Source: Camelus dromedarius
Lineage: Eukaryota
Reading direction: 5' to 3'
DNA: 64,000 bases
Assembly (NCBI RefSeq): GCF_036321535.1
Contig: NC_087436.1
Location: forward strand, 1,674,001-1,738,000
Part shown: positions 52,401 through 64,000 of the stretch, one piece after another
How the letters are laid out: the number at the start of each line of letters is the position of its first letter
Numbering within the stretch: the first letter of the stretch is position 1
Notes under the pieces: generated by a model
What the model was told of the DNA's origin: nothing
Database searches by the model: none
What the model saw: the letters and a program-made list of their open reading frames with translations, nothing else
Program-made: the position numbers and the translations under genes

Positions 52401-55400
52401 AACGGATTGCAGGAGAAAGTTTTTCTCTGGATTCTCAGTCTGTTTCCTACTGCCGGTTTGAAGTTCCTGCAGTTTTCACTGTAAATACTAGTTGGGGCTC
52501 CTACCCCCCCATATATATTTATGGAGTGGGATTTGTAAGTGAAAAGAAACTTTGTTTTCCCAACAAGCTAGGTGAAGTTTGGCTTTCACACACACATATC
52601 TCTCAGAACTGAGCATGTGGAGAGACTTTCGTTCATCTAGCACAAAGGGAACGGGTTGCAGGTGAAATTTTACTCTGGTTTCTCAGTCTGTTTCCCACTG
52701 CAGGTTTGAAGTTCCTGCAGTTTTCACTGTAAAACAGAGTTGGAGCTAGTACCTCCCCATATATAAGTATGGAGTGGATTTTACAACTGAAAAGAAACTA
52801 TGTGTTCCCAACAAGCTAGGTGAAGGACGGCTTTCACACACACTTATCACTCAGAACTGAGCATGTGGAGAGACGTTCGTTCATCTAGCACAATAGGAAC
52901 GGGTTGCAGGAGGAGCTTTTACTCTGATTTCTCCGTCTGTTTCCTAGTGCCGGTTTGAAGTTCCTACAGTTTTCACTGTAAAACCGAGTTGGAGCTTGTA
53001 CCTCCCCATATATATGTAAGGAGTGGAATTTGCCACTGAAAAAAACTTTGTGTTCCCAACAAGCTAGGTGAAGGACGGCTTCACACAAACTTATCTCTCA
53101 GAACTGAGCATGTGGAGAGACGTTCGTTCATCTAGCACAAAGGGAACGGGTTGCAGCAGAAACTATTACTCTGGTTTCTCAGTCTGTTTCCTACTGCCGG
53201 TTTGAAGTACCTGCATTTTTCATTGTAAAACAGAGTAGGAGCTAGTACCTCCCCATATATATGTACGGAGTGAAGTTTACAACTGAAAAGAAACTTTGTG
53301 TTCCCAACAAGCTAGGTGAAGGACGGCTTTCACACACTCTTATCACTCAGAACTGAGCATGTGGAGAGACGTTCGTTCATCTAGGACAAAGGGAAAGGGT
53401 TGCAGGAGAAACATTTACTCTGGTTTCTCAGTCTGTTTCCTACTGCCGGTTTGAAGTTCCTGCAGTTTTCACTGTAAAACAGAGCTGGAGCTAGTACCTC
53501 CCCATATATATTTATGGAGTGGAGTTTGCAATTGAAAAGAAACTTTGTGTTCCCAACAAGCTAGGTGAAGTACGGCTTTCACACACACTTATCTCTCAGA
53601 ACTGAGCATGGGGAGAGAGGTTCGTTCATCAAGCACAAAGGGAACGGGTTGCAGGAGAAACTTTTACTGTGTTTTCTCAGTCTGTTTCCTACTGCCGGTT
53701 TGAAGTTCCTGCAGTTTTCACTGTAAATACTAGTTGGGGCTCCTACCTCCCCATATATATTTATGGAGTGGGATTTGCAAGTGAAAAGAAACTTTGTTTT
53801 CCCAACAAGCTAGGTGAAGTTTGGCTTTCACACACACTTATCTCTCAGAACATGATCATGTGGAGAGACTTTCGTTCATCTAGCACAAAGGGAACGGGTT
53901 GCAGGTGAAACTATTACTCTGGTTTCTCAGTCTGTTTCCCACTGCCGGTTTGAAGTTCCTGCAATTTTCACTGTAAAACAGAGTTGGAGCTAGTACCTCC
54001 CCATATATATGTATGGAGTGGATTTTACAACTGAAAAGAAACTTTGTGTTCCCAACAAGCTAGGTGAAGGACGGCTTTCACACACACTTATCACTCAGAA
54101 CTGAGCATGTGGAGAGACGTTCGTTCATCTAGCACAATAGGAACGGGTTGCAGGAGGAGCTTTTACTCTGATTTCTCCGTCTGTTTCTTACTGCCGGTTG
54201 GAAGTTCCTGCAGTTTTCACTTTATATCCGAGTTGGAGCTAGTACCTCCCCATATATATGTATGGGGTGAGTTGGCAACTGAAAATAAACATTGTGTTCC
54301 CAACAATCTAGATAAAGGACGGCTTACACACACACTTATCTCTCAGAACTGAGCATGTGGAGAGACGTTCGTTCATCTAGCACAAAGGGAACGGTATACA
54401 GGAGAAACTTTTACTCTGGTTTTTCAGTCTGTTTCCTACTGCCAGTTCGAAGTTCCTGCAGTTTTCTCTGTGAAACCGAAATGGAGCTAGTACCTCCCCA
54501 TATATATGTATGGATTGGAGTTTGCAACTGAAAAGAAACTTTGTGTTCCCAACAATCTAGGTTAAGGACGGCTTACACACACAATTATCTCTCAGAACTG
54601 AGCATGTGGAGAGACGTTCGTTCATCTAGCACAAAGGGAACAGGTTGCAGGAGAAACTTTTACTCTGGTTTCTCAGTCTGTTTCCTAGTGCAGATTTGAA
54701 TTTCCAGCAGTTTTCACTGTAAAATCGAGTTGGTTCTAGTACCTCCCCATATATATGTATGGAGTGGAGTTTGCAACTGAAAAGAACCTTTGTTTTCCCA
54801 ACAAGCTAGTTGAAGCACGGCTTTCACACACATTTATCTCTCAGAACTGAGCATGTGGAGTGACGTTCGTTCATCTAGCACAAAGGGAACGGTTTGCAGG
54901 AGAAACTTTTACTCTGGTTTCTCAGTCTGTTTCCTAATGCCGGTTTGAATTTCCTGCAGTTTTCACTGTAAACACGAGTTGGAGCTAGTACCAAACCATA
55001 TATATATATGGATAGCAGTTTGCAACTGAAAAGAAACTTTGTGTTCCCAACAAGCTAGGTGAAGGACGGCTTTCACACACACTTATCTCTCAGAACTGAG
55101 CATGTGAAGAGACGTTCGTTCATCTAGCACAAGGGGAATGGGTTGCAGGAGAAAGTTTTACTCTGGTTTCTCAGTCTGTTTCCTAGTGCCGGTTTGAATT
55201 TCCTGCAGTTTTCACTCTAAAACAGAGTTGGAGTTAGTACCTCCCCATATATAAGTATGGAGTGGAGTTTGCAACTGAAAAGAATCTTTGTGTTCAGTAC
55301 AAGCTAGGTGAAGGACGGCTTTCACACACACTTATCTCTCAGAACTCAGCATGTGGAGAGACTTTCGTTCATCTAGCACAATAGGAACGGGTTTCAGGAG

Positions 55401-56339
55401 AAAATTTTACTCTGGATTCTCAGTCTGTTTCCTAGTGCCGGTTTGATGTTCCTGCAGATTTCATTGTAAATGCGAGTTGGATTTTGTTCCTACCCATATA
55501 TATGTATGGATTGGAGTTTGCAACTGAAAAGAATCTTTGTGTTCCCAACAAGTTAGGTGAAGGACGGCTTTCACACACACTTATCTCTCAGAACTGAGCA
55601 TGTGGAGAGACGTTCGTTCATCTAGCACAAAGGGAACGGGTTGCAGGAGAAACTTTTACTCTGGTTTCTCAGTCTGTTTCCTACTGCCAGTTCGAAGTTC
55701 CTGCAGTTTTCTCTGTGAAACCGAATTGGAGCTAGTACCTCCCCATATATATGTATGGAGTGGAGTTTGCAAATGAAAACAAACTTTGTGTTCAGAACAA
55801 GCTAGGTGAAGGACGGCTTTCACACACATTTATCTCTGAGAACTGAGCATGTTGAGAGACTTTCGTTCATCTAGCACAAAGGGAAAGGTTTGCAGGTGAA
55901 ACTTTTTCTCTGTTTTCTCAGTCTGTTTCCTAGTGCCGGTTTGAAGTTCTAGCAGTTTTCACTGTAAAACAGATTTGGTGTTAGTACCACCCCATATATA
56001 TGTATGGAGTGGAGTTTGCAAATGAAAAGAAACTTTGCGTTCCCAACAAGCTAGGTGAAGGACGGCTTTCACACACAATTATATCTCAGAACTGAGCATG
56101 TGGAGAGACGTTCGTTCATCTAGCACAAAGGGAACGGTTTGAAGGAGAAAATTTACTCTCGTTTCTCAGTCTGTTTCCTACTGCCGGTTTGAATTTCCTG
56201 CAGTTTTCACTGTAAAACAGAATTTTAGCTAGTATCTCCCCATATATATGTATAGAGTGGAGTTTGCAACTGAAAAGACACTTTGTGCTCCCAACAAGCT
56301 AAGTGAAGTACGGCTTTCACACACACTTATCTCTCAGAA

Positions 56340-59300
56340 CTGAGCATGTGGAGAGACGTTCGTTCATCTAGCCCAAAGGGAACGGGTTGCAGGTGAAATT
56401 TTACTCTGGTTTTTAGTCTGTTTCCTACTACCGGTTGGATGTTCCTGCAGTTTTCACTTTATATCCGAGTTGGAGCTAGTACCTCCCCATATATATGTAT
56501 GGGGTGGAGTTGGCAACTGAAAATAAACATTGTGTTCCCAACAAGCTAGGTGAAGTACGGCCTTCACACACACTTATCTCTCAGAACTGAGCATGTGGAG
56601 AGAAGTTCGTTCATCTAGCACAAAGGGAACGGGTTGCAGGAGAAACTTTTACTCTGGTTTCTCAGTCTGTTTCCTAGCGCCGATTTGAAGTTCCATCAGT
56701 TTTCACTGTAAAACCGAGTTGGTGCTAGTACCTCCCAATATATATGTATGGAGTGGAGATTGCAACTGAAAAGAAACTTTGTGTTCCCAACAAGCTAGTT
56801 GAAGGACGGCTTTCACACACACTTATCTCTCAGAACTGAGCATGTGGAGTGACGTTCGTTCATCTAGCACAAAGGGAACGGTTTGCAGGAGAAACTTTTA
56901 CTCTGGTTTCTCAGTCTTTTTCCTACTGCCAGTTCGAAGTTCCTGCAGTTTTCTCTGTGAAACGGAATTGGAGCTAGTACCTCCCCATATATATGTATGG
57001 AGTGGAGTTTTCAACTGAAAATAAACTTTGTGTTCCCAACAATCTAGGTTAAGGACGGCTTACACACAGAATTATCTCTCAGAACTGAGCATTTGGAGAG
57101 ACGTTCGTTCATCTAGCACAAAGGGAACGGGTTGCAGGAGAAACTTTTACTCTGGTTTCACAGTCTGTTTCCTAGTGCCGATTTGAAGTTCCAGCAGTTT
57201 TCACTGTAAAACCGAGTTGGTGCTAGTACCTCCCCATATATATGTATGGAGTGGAGTTTGCAACTGAAAAGAAACTTTGTGTTCCCAACAAGCTAGTTGA
57301 AGGACGGCTTTCACACACACTTATCTCTCAGAACTGAGCATGTGGAGTGACGTTCGTTCATCTAGCACAAAGGGAACGGTTTGCAGGAGAAACTTTTACT
57401 CTGGTTTCTCAGTCTGTTTCCTACTGCCGGTTTGAAGTTCCTGCAGTTTTCACTGTAAACACGAGTTGGAGCTAGTACCACACCATATATATATATGGAT
57501 AGCAGTTTGCAACTGAAAAGAAACTTTGTGTTCCCAACAAGCTAGGTGAAGGACGGCTTTCACACACACTTATCTCTCAGAACTGAGCATGTGAAGAGAC
57601 TTTCGTTCATCTAGCACAAAGGGAATGTGTTGCTGGATAAACTTTTACTCTGGTTTCTCAGTCTGTTTCCAAGTGCCGGTTTGAATTTCCTGCAGTTTTC
57701 ACTCTAAAACAGAGTTGGAGCTAGTACCTCCCCATATATAAGTATGGAGTGGAGTTTGCAATTGAAAAGAAACTTTGTGTTCAGTACAAGCTAGGTGAAG
57801 GACGGCTTTCACACACACTTATCTCTCAGAACTGAGCATGTGGAGAGACGTTCGTTCATCTATCTCAAATGGAATGGGTTGCAGGAGAAACTATTTCTCT
57901 AGGATCTCAGTCTGTTTCCTAGTGCCGGTTTGATGTTCCTGCAGTTTTCACTTTAAAACAGAGTTGGAGCTATTACCTCCCCATATATATGTATGGAGTG
58001 GAGTTTGCAACTGAAAAGAAACTATGTTTTCAGAACAAGCTAGGTGAAGGACGGCTTTCACACACATTTATCTCTGAGAACTGAGCATGTTGAGAGACTT
58101 TCGTTCATCTAGCACAAAGGGAAAGGGTTGCAGGTGAAACTTTTTCTCTGTTTTCTCAGTCTGTTTCCTAGTGCCGGTTTGAAGTTCTAGCAGTTTTCAC
58201 TGTAAAACCGAGTTGGTGCTAGTACCACCCCTTATACATGTATGGAGTGGAGTTTGCAACTGAAAAGAAACTTTGCGTTTCAAACATGCTATATGAAGGA
58301 CGGCTTTAACACACACTTATCTCTCAGAACTGAGCATGTGGAGAGACGTTCGTTCATCTAGCACAAAGGGAACGGTATACAGGAGAAACTTTTACTCTGG
58401 TTTCTCAGTCTGTTTCCTACTGCCAGTTCGAAGTTCCTGCAGTTTTCTCTGTGAAACCGAACTGGAGCTAGTACCTCCCCATATATATGTATGGATTGGA
58501 GTTTGCAACTGAAAAGAAACTTTGTGTTCCCAACAATCTAGGTTAAGGACGGCTTACACACACAATTATCTCTCAGAACTGAGCATTTGGAGAGACGTTC
58601 GTTCATCTAGCCCAAAGGGAACGGGTTGCAGTTGAAATTTTACTCTGGTTTTTAGTCTGTTTCCTACTACCGGTTGGAAGTTCCTGCAGTTTTCACTTTA
58701 TATCCGAGTTGGAGCTAGTACCTCCCCATATATATGTATGGGGTGGAGTTGGCAACTGAAAATAAACATTGTGTTCCCAACAAGCTAGGTGAAGTACGGC
58801 CTTCACACACACTTATCTCTCAGAACTGAGCATGTGGAGAGAAGTTCGTTCATCTAGCACAAAGGGAACGTGTTGCAGGAGAAACTTTTACTCTGGTTTC
58901 TCAGTCTGTTTCCTAGCGCCGATTTGAAGTTCCAGCAGTTTTCACTGTAAAACCGAGTTGGTGCTAGTACCTCCCCATATATATGTATGGAGTGGAGATT
59001 GCAACTGAAAAGAAACTTTGTGTTCCCAACAAGCTAGTTGAAGGACGGCTTTCACACACACTTATCTCTCAGAACTGAGCATGTGGAGTGACGTTCGTTC
59101 ATCTAGCACAAAGGGACCGGTTTGCAGGAGAAACATTTACTCTGGTTTCTCAGTCTGTTTCCTACTGCCAGTTCGAAGTTCCTGCAGTTTTCTCTTTGAA
59201 ACGGAATTGGAGCTAGTACCTCCCCATATATATGTATGGAGTGGAGTTTGCAACTGAAAATAAACTTTGTGTTCCCAACAATCTAGGTTAAGGACGGCTT

Positions 59301-60150
59301 ACACACACAATTATCTCTCAGAACTGAGCATTTGGAGAGACGTTCGTTCATCTAGCACAAAGGGAACGGGTTGCAGGAGAAACTTTTACTCTGGTTTCAC
59401 AGTCTGTTTCCTAGTGCCGATTTGAAGTTCCAGCAGTTTTCACTGTAAAACCGAGTTGGTGCTAGTACCTCCCCATATATATATGTATGGAGTGGAGTTT
59501 GCAACTGAAAAGAAACTTTGTGTTCCCAACAAGCTAGTTGAAGGACGGCTTTCACACACACTTATCTCTCAGAACTGAGCATGTGGAGTGACGTTCGTTC
59601 ATCTAGCACAAAGGGAACGGTTTGCAGGGGAAACTTTTACTCTGGTTTCTCAGTCTGTTTCCTACTGCCGGTTTGAAGTTCCTGCAGTTTTCACTGTAAA
59701 CACGAGTTGGAGCTAGTACCACACCATATATATATATGGATAGCAGTTTGCAACTGAAAAGAAACTTTGTGTTCCCAACAAGCTAGGTGAAGGACGGCTT
59801 TCACACACACTTATCTCTCAGAACTGAGCATGTGAAGAGACTTTCGTTCATCTAGCACAAAGGGAATGTGTTGCAGGATAAACTTTTACTCTGGTTTCTC
59901 AGTCTGTTTCCAAGTGCCGGTTTGAATTTCCTGCAGTTTTCACTGTAAAACCGAGTTGGAGCTAGTACCTCCCCATATATAAGTATGGAGTGGAGTTTGC
60001 AATTGAAAAGAAACTTTGTGTTCAGTACAAGCTAGGTGAAGGACGGCTTTCACACACACTTATCTCTCAGAACTGAGCATGTGGAGAGACGTTCGTTCAT
60101 CTAGCACAAATGGAATGGGTTGCAGGAGAAACTATTACTCTAGGATCTCA
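56340..60150. repeat. 9-monomer (~2239-bp) periodicity in the distal subfamily
   Basis: CTAGCCCAAAG marker at ~56371 and ~58610, followed by the same ordered markers (CTAGCGCC, GTTTCACAG, ACCACACC...GGATAGCAG, CATGTGAAGAGACTTT, TAGGATCTC). Confidence 0.88.
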
Positions 60151-62559
60151 GTCTGTTTCCTAGTGCCGGTTTGAAGTTCCTGCAGATTTCACTGTAAATG
60201 CGAGTTGGAGTTTGTACCTACCCATATATATGTACGGATTAGAGTTTGCAACTGAAAAGAATCTTTGTGTTCCCAACAAGCTAGGTGAAGGACGGCTTTC
60301 ACACACACTTATCTCTCAGAACTGAGCATGTGGAGAGACGTTCGTTCATCTAGCACAAAGGGAACGTGTTGCAGGAGAAACTTTTACTCTGGTTTCTCAG
60401 TCTGTTTCCTACTGCCAGTTCGAAGTTCCTGCAGTTTTCTTTGTGAAACCGAATTGGAGCTAGTACCTCCCCATATATATGTATGGAGTGGAGTTTGCAA
60501 CTGAAAAGAAACTTTGTGTTCCCAACAAGCTAGTTGAATGACGGCTTACACACACACTTATCTCTCAGAACTGAGCATGTGGAGTGACGTTCTTTCATCT
60601 AGCACAAAGGGAACGGTTTGCAGGAGAATCTTTTACTCTGGTTTCTCAGTCTGTTCCCTACTGCCGGTTTGAAGTTCCTGCAGTTTTCACTGTAAACACG
60701 AGTTGGAGCTAGTACCACCCCATATATATGTATGGATAGCAGTTTGCAACTGAAAAGAAACTTTGTGTTCCCAACAAGCTAGGTGAAGGACGGCTTTCAC
60801 ACACACTTATCTCTCAGAACTGAGCATGTGGAGAGACGTTCGTTCATCTAGCACAAATGGAATGGGTTGCAAGAGAAACTTTTTCTCTGGATTCTCAGTC
60901 TGTTTCCTAGTGCCGGTTTGATGTTCCTGCAGTTTTCACTGTAAAACAGTGTTGGAGCTATTACCTCCCCATATATATGTATGGAGTGGAGTTTGCAACT
61001 GAAAAGAAACTTTGTGTTCAAAACAAGTTAGGTGAAGGACGGCTTTCACACACATTTATCTCTGAGAACTGAGCATGTTGAGAGACTTTCGTTCATCTAG
61101 CACAAATGGAAAGGGTTGCAGGTGAAACTTTTTCTCTGTTTTCTCAGTCTGTTTCCTAGTGCCGGTTTGAAGTTCTAACAGTTTTCACTGTAAAACCGAG
61201 TTGGTGCTAGTACCACCCCATATATATGTATGGAGTGGAGTTTGCAACTGAAAAGAAACTTTGCGTTCCCAACAAGCTATGTGAAGGACGGCTTTCACAC
61301 ACACTTATCTCTCAGAACTGAGCATGAGGAGAGACTTTCGTTCATCTAGCACAAAGGGAACGGTTTGCAGGAGAAACTTTTACTCTGGTTTCTCAGTCTG
61401 TTTCCTAGTGCCGGTTTGATTTTCCTGCAGTTTTCACTCTAAAACAGAGTTGGAGCTAGTACCTCCCCATATATAAGTATGGAGTGGAGTTTGCAATTGA
61501 AAAGAATCTTTGTGTTCAGTACAAGCTAGGTGAAGGACGGCTTTCACACACACTTATCTCTCAGAACTGAGCTTGTGGAGAGACGTTCGTTCATCTAGCA
61601 CAAATGGAATGGGTTGCAGGAGAAACTTTTTCTCTAGGTTCTCAGTCTGTTTCCTAGTGCCGGTTTGATATTCCTGCAGTTTTCACTGTAAAACAGAGTT
61701 GGAGCTATTACCTCCCCATATATATGTATGGAGTGGAGTTTGCAACTGAAAAGAAACTATGTGTTCAGAACAAGCTAGGTGAAGGACGGCTTTCACACAC
61801 ATTTATCTCTGAGAACTGAGCATGTTGAGAGACTTTCGTTCATCTAGCACAAAGGGAAAGGGTTGCAGGTGAAACTTTTTCTCTGTTTTCTCAGTCTGTT
61901 TCCTAGTGCCGGTTTGAAGTTCTAGCAGTTTTCACTGTAAAACCGAGTTGGTGCTAGTACCACCCCATATACATGTATGGAGTGGAGTTTGCAACTGAAA
62001 AGAAACTTTGCGTATCAAACATGCTATATGAAGGACGGCTTTAACACACACTTATCTCTCAGAACTGAGCATGTGGAGAGACGATCGTTCATCTAGCACA
62101 ATAAGAACGGGTTTCAGGAGAAAATTTTACTCTGGATTCTCACTCTGTTTCCTAGTGCCGGTTTGAAGTTCCTGCAGATTTCACTGTAAAAGCGAGTTGG
62201 AGTTTGTACCTACCCATATATATGTATGGATTAGAGTTTGCAACTGAAAAGAATCTTTGTGTTCCCAACAAGCTTGGTGAAGGACGGCTTTCACACACAC
62301 TTATCTCTCAGAACTGAGCATGTGGAGAGACGTTCGTTCATCTAGCACAAAGGGAACGTGTTGCAGGAGAAACTTTTACTCTGGTTTCTCAGTCTGTTTC
62401 CTACTGCCAGTTCGAAGTTCCTGCAGTTTTCTTTGTGAAACCGAATTGGAGCTAGTACCTCCCCATATATATGTATGGAGTGGAGTTTGCAACTGAAAAG
62501 AATCTTTGTGTTCAGTACAAGCTAGGTGAAGGACGGCTTTCACACACACTTATCTCTCA

Positions 62560-64000
62560 GAACTGAGCATGTGAAGAGACGTTCGTTCATCTAGCACAAG
62601 GGGAATGGGTTGCAGGAGAAAGTTTTACTCTGGTTTCTCAGTCTGTTTCCTAGTGCCGGTTTGAATTTCCTGCAGTTTTCACTCTAAAACAGAGTTGGAG
62701 TTTGTACCACCCCATATATAAGTATGGAGTGAAGTTTGCAACTGAAAAAAATCTTTGTGTTCAGTACAAGCTAGGTGAAGGACGGCTTTCACACACACTT
62801 ATCTCTCAGAACTCAGCATGTGGAGAGACGTTCGTTCATCTAGCACAATAGGAACGGGTTTCAGGAGAAAATTTTACTCTGGATTCTCAGTCTGTTTCCT
62901 AGTGCCGGTTTGATGTTCCTGCAGATTTCATTGTAAAAGCGAGTTGGATTTTGTTCCTACCCATATATATGTATGGATTGGAGTTTGCAACTGAAAAGAA
63001 TCTTTGTGTTCCCAACAAGTTAGGTGAAGGGCGGCTTTCACACACACTTATCTCTCAGAACTGAGCATGTGGAGAGACGTTCGTTCATCTAGCACAAAGG
63101 GAACGGGTTGCAGGAGAAACTTTTACTCTGGTTTCTCAGTCTGTTTCCTACTGCCAGTTCGAAGTTCCTGCAGTTTTCTCTGTGAAACCGAATTGGAGCT
63201 AGTACCTCCCCATATATATGTATGGAGTGGAGTTTGCAAATGAAAACAAACTTTGTGTTCAGAACAAGCTAGGTGAAGGACGGCTTTCACACACATTTAT
63301 CTCTGAGAACTGAGCATGTTGAGAGACTTTCGTTCATCTAGCACAAAGGGAAAGGTTTGCAGGTGAAACTTTTTCTCTGTTTTCTCAGTCTGTTTCCTAG
63401 TGCCGGTTTGAAGTTCTAGCAGTTTTCACTGTAAAACAGATTTGGTGTTAGTACCACCCCATATATATGTATGGAGTGGAGTTTGCAAATGAAAAGAAAC
63501 TTTGCGTTCCCAACAAGCTAGGTGAAGGACGGCTTTCACACACAATTATATCTCAGAACTGAGCATGTGGAGAGACGTTCGTTCATCTAGCACAAAGGGA
63601 ACGGTTTGAAGGAGAAAATTTACTCTCGTTTCTCAGTCTGTTTCCTACTGCCGGTTTGAATTTCCTGCAGTTTTCACTGTAAAACAGAGTTTTAGCTAGT
63701 ATCTCCCCATATATATGTATAGAGTGGAGTTTGCAACTGAAAAGACACTTTGTGCTCCCAACAAGCTAAGTGAAGTACGGCTTTCACACACACTTATCTC
63801 TCAGAACTGAGCATGTGGAGAGACGTTCGTTCATCTAGCCCAAAGGGAACGGGTTGCAGGTGAAATTTTACTCTGGTTTTTAGTCTGTTTCCTACTACCG
63901 GTTGGATGTTCCTGCAGTTTTCACTTTATATCCGAGTTGGAGCTAGTACCTCCCCATATATATGTATGGGGTGGAGTTGGCAACTGAAAATAAACATTGT
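62560..64000. repeat. Near-identical copy of ~55090-56535 at 30-monomer offset (7467 bp)
   Basis: CATGTGAAGAGACG...CAAGGGG at 55101 and 62568; GCCCAAAG at 56371 and 63838; intervening private variants (AAAACAAAC, TTGCGTTCC, GACACTTTGTGCTCC) match. Confidence 0.9.

Larger units (their letters stand above)
1..64000. repeat. Tandem satellite DNA array, ~249-bp monomer, ~257 copies, all in one orientation; runs off both window ends (candidate centromeric/pericentromeric satellite)
   Basis: Anchor CTCAGAACTGAGCATGTGGAGAGACGTTCGTTCATCTAGC recurs every 247-251 bp throughout (CATG at 152, 401, 648, 897, 1146, 1395 ...). Offsets between near-identical ORFs are multiples of ~248.6 bp. No non-monomer sequence seen. 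Confidence 0.99.

Noticed and set aside
424..54352. All short ORFs (60-93 aa) on both strands
   Set aside because: They are translations of the same monomer in different frames, opened or closed by random SNPs and 1-bp indels. No frame is conserved across copies and I recognise no domain.
1..64000. CRISPR array or other repeat-spacer system
   Set aside because: There are no unique spacers; the entire 249-bp unit is homologous between copies, and no cas-like ORFs are present.
1..64000. Primate alpha-satellite identity (loose similarity in CTCAGAA, AGAAACTT, CAGAGTTG)
   Set aside because: The period is 249 bp, not 171 or 342 bp, and only short AT-rich words match. I cannot support homology without an alignment.
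1..64000. Transposon insertions, inversions or telomeric repeats within the array
   Set aside because: Monomer anchors continue in the same orientation and register throughout; the largest non-monomer-unit indels I saw are 1-2 bp (e.g. CATGATCATG at ~53851).

Overview
The whole 64 kb window is one uninterrupted, head-to-tail, single-orientation tandem satellite DNA array of about 257 copies of a ~249-bp monomer. My by-eye consensus is CATGTGGAGAGACGTTCGTTCATCTAGCACAAAGGGAACGGGTTGCAGGAGAAACTTTTACTCTGGTTTCTCAGTCTGTTTCCTAGTGCCGGTTTGAAGTTCCTGCAGTTTTCACTGTAAAACCGAGTTGGAGCTAGTACCTCCCCATATATATGTATGGAGTGGAGTTTGCAACTGAAAAGAAACTTTGTGTTCCCAACAAGCTAGGTGAAGGACGGCTTTCACACACACTTATCTCTCAGAACTGAG. I see no supportable genes, RNA genes, transposons or CRISPR arrays, and all listed ORFs (60-93 aa) are chance read-throughs of the monomer. 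The architecture suggests a eukaryotic centromeric or pericentromeric satellite (inference); I cannot name the family or organism. The structure of interest is at three scales. (1) Within the monomer: two ancient diverged ~124/125-bp halves, and a ~125-bp imperfect inverted repeat across the monomer junction plus several short dyads. (2) Between monomers: a 15-mer higher-order repeat (HOR) remodelled into 6-, 8-, 10-, 14/19-, 30- and 70-monomer periodicities through chimeric monomers. (3) Across the window: layers, with a young HOR zone at ~1-43.5 kb containing an older island at ~9.3-12.1 kb, a diverged zone at ~43.5-54 kb, and a second subfamily at ~54-64 kb. Block boundaries are approximate, read by eye from diagnostic variants and offsets between near-identical ORFs. 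Monomer letters (A-P) are my own labels.
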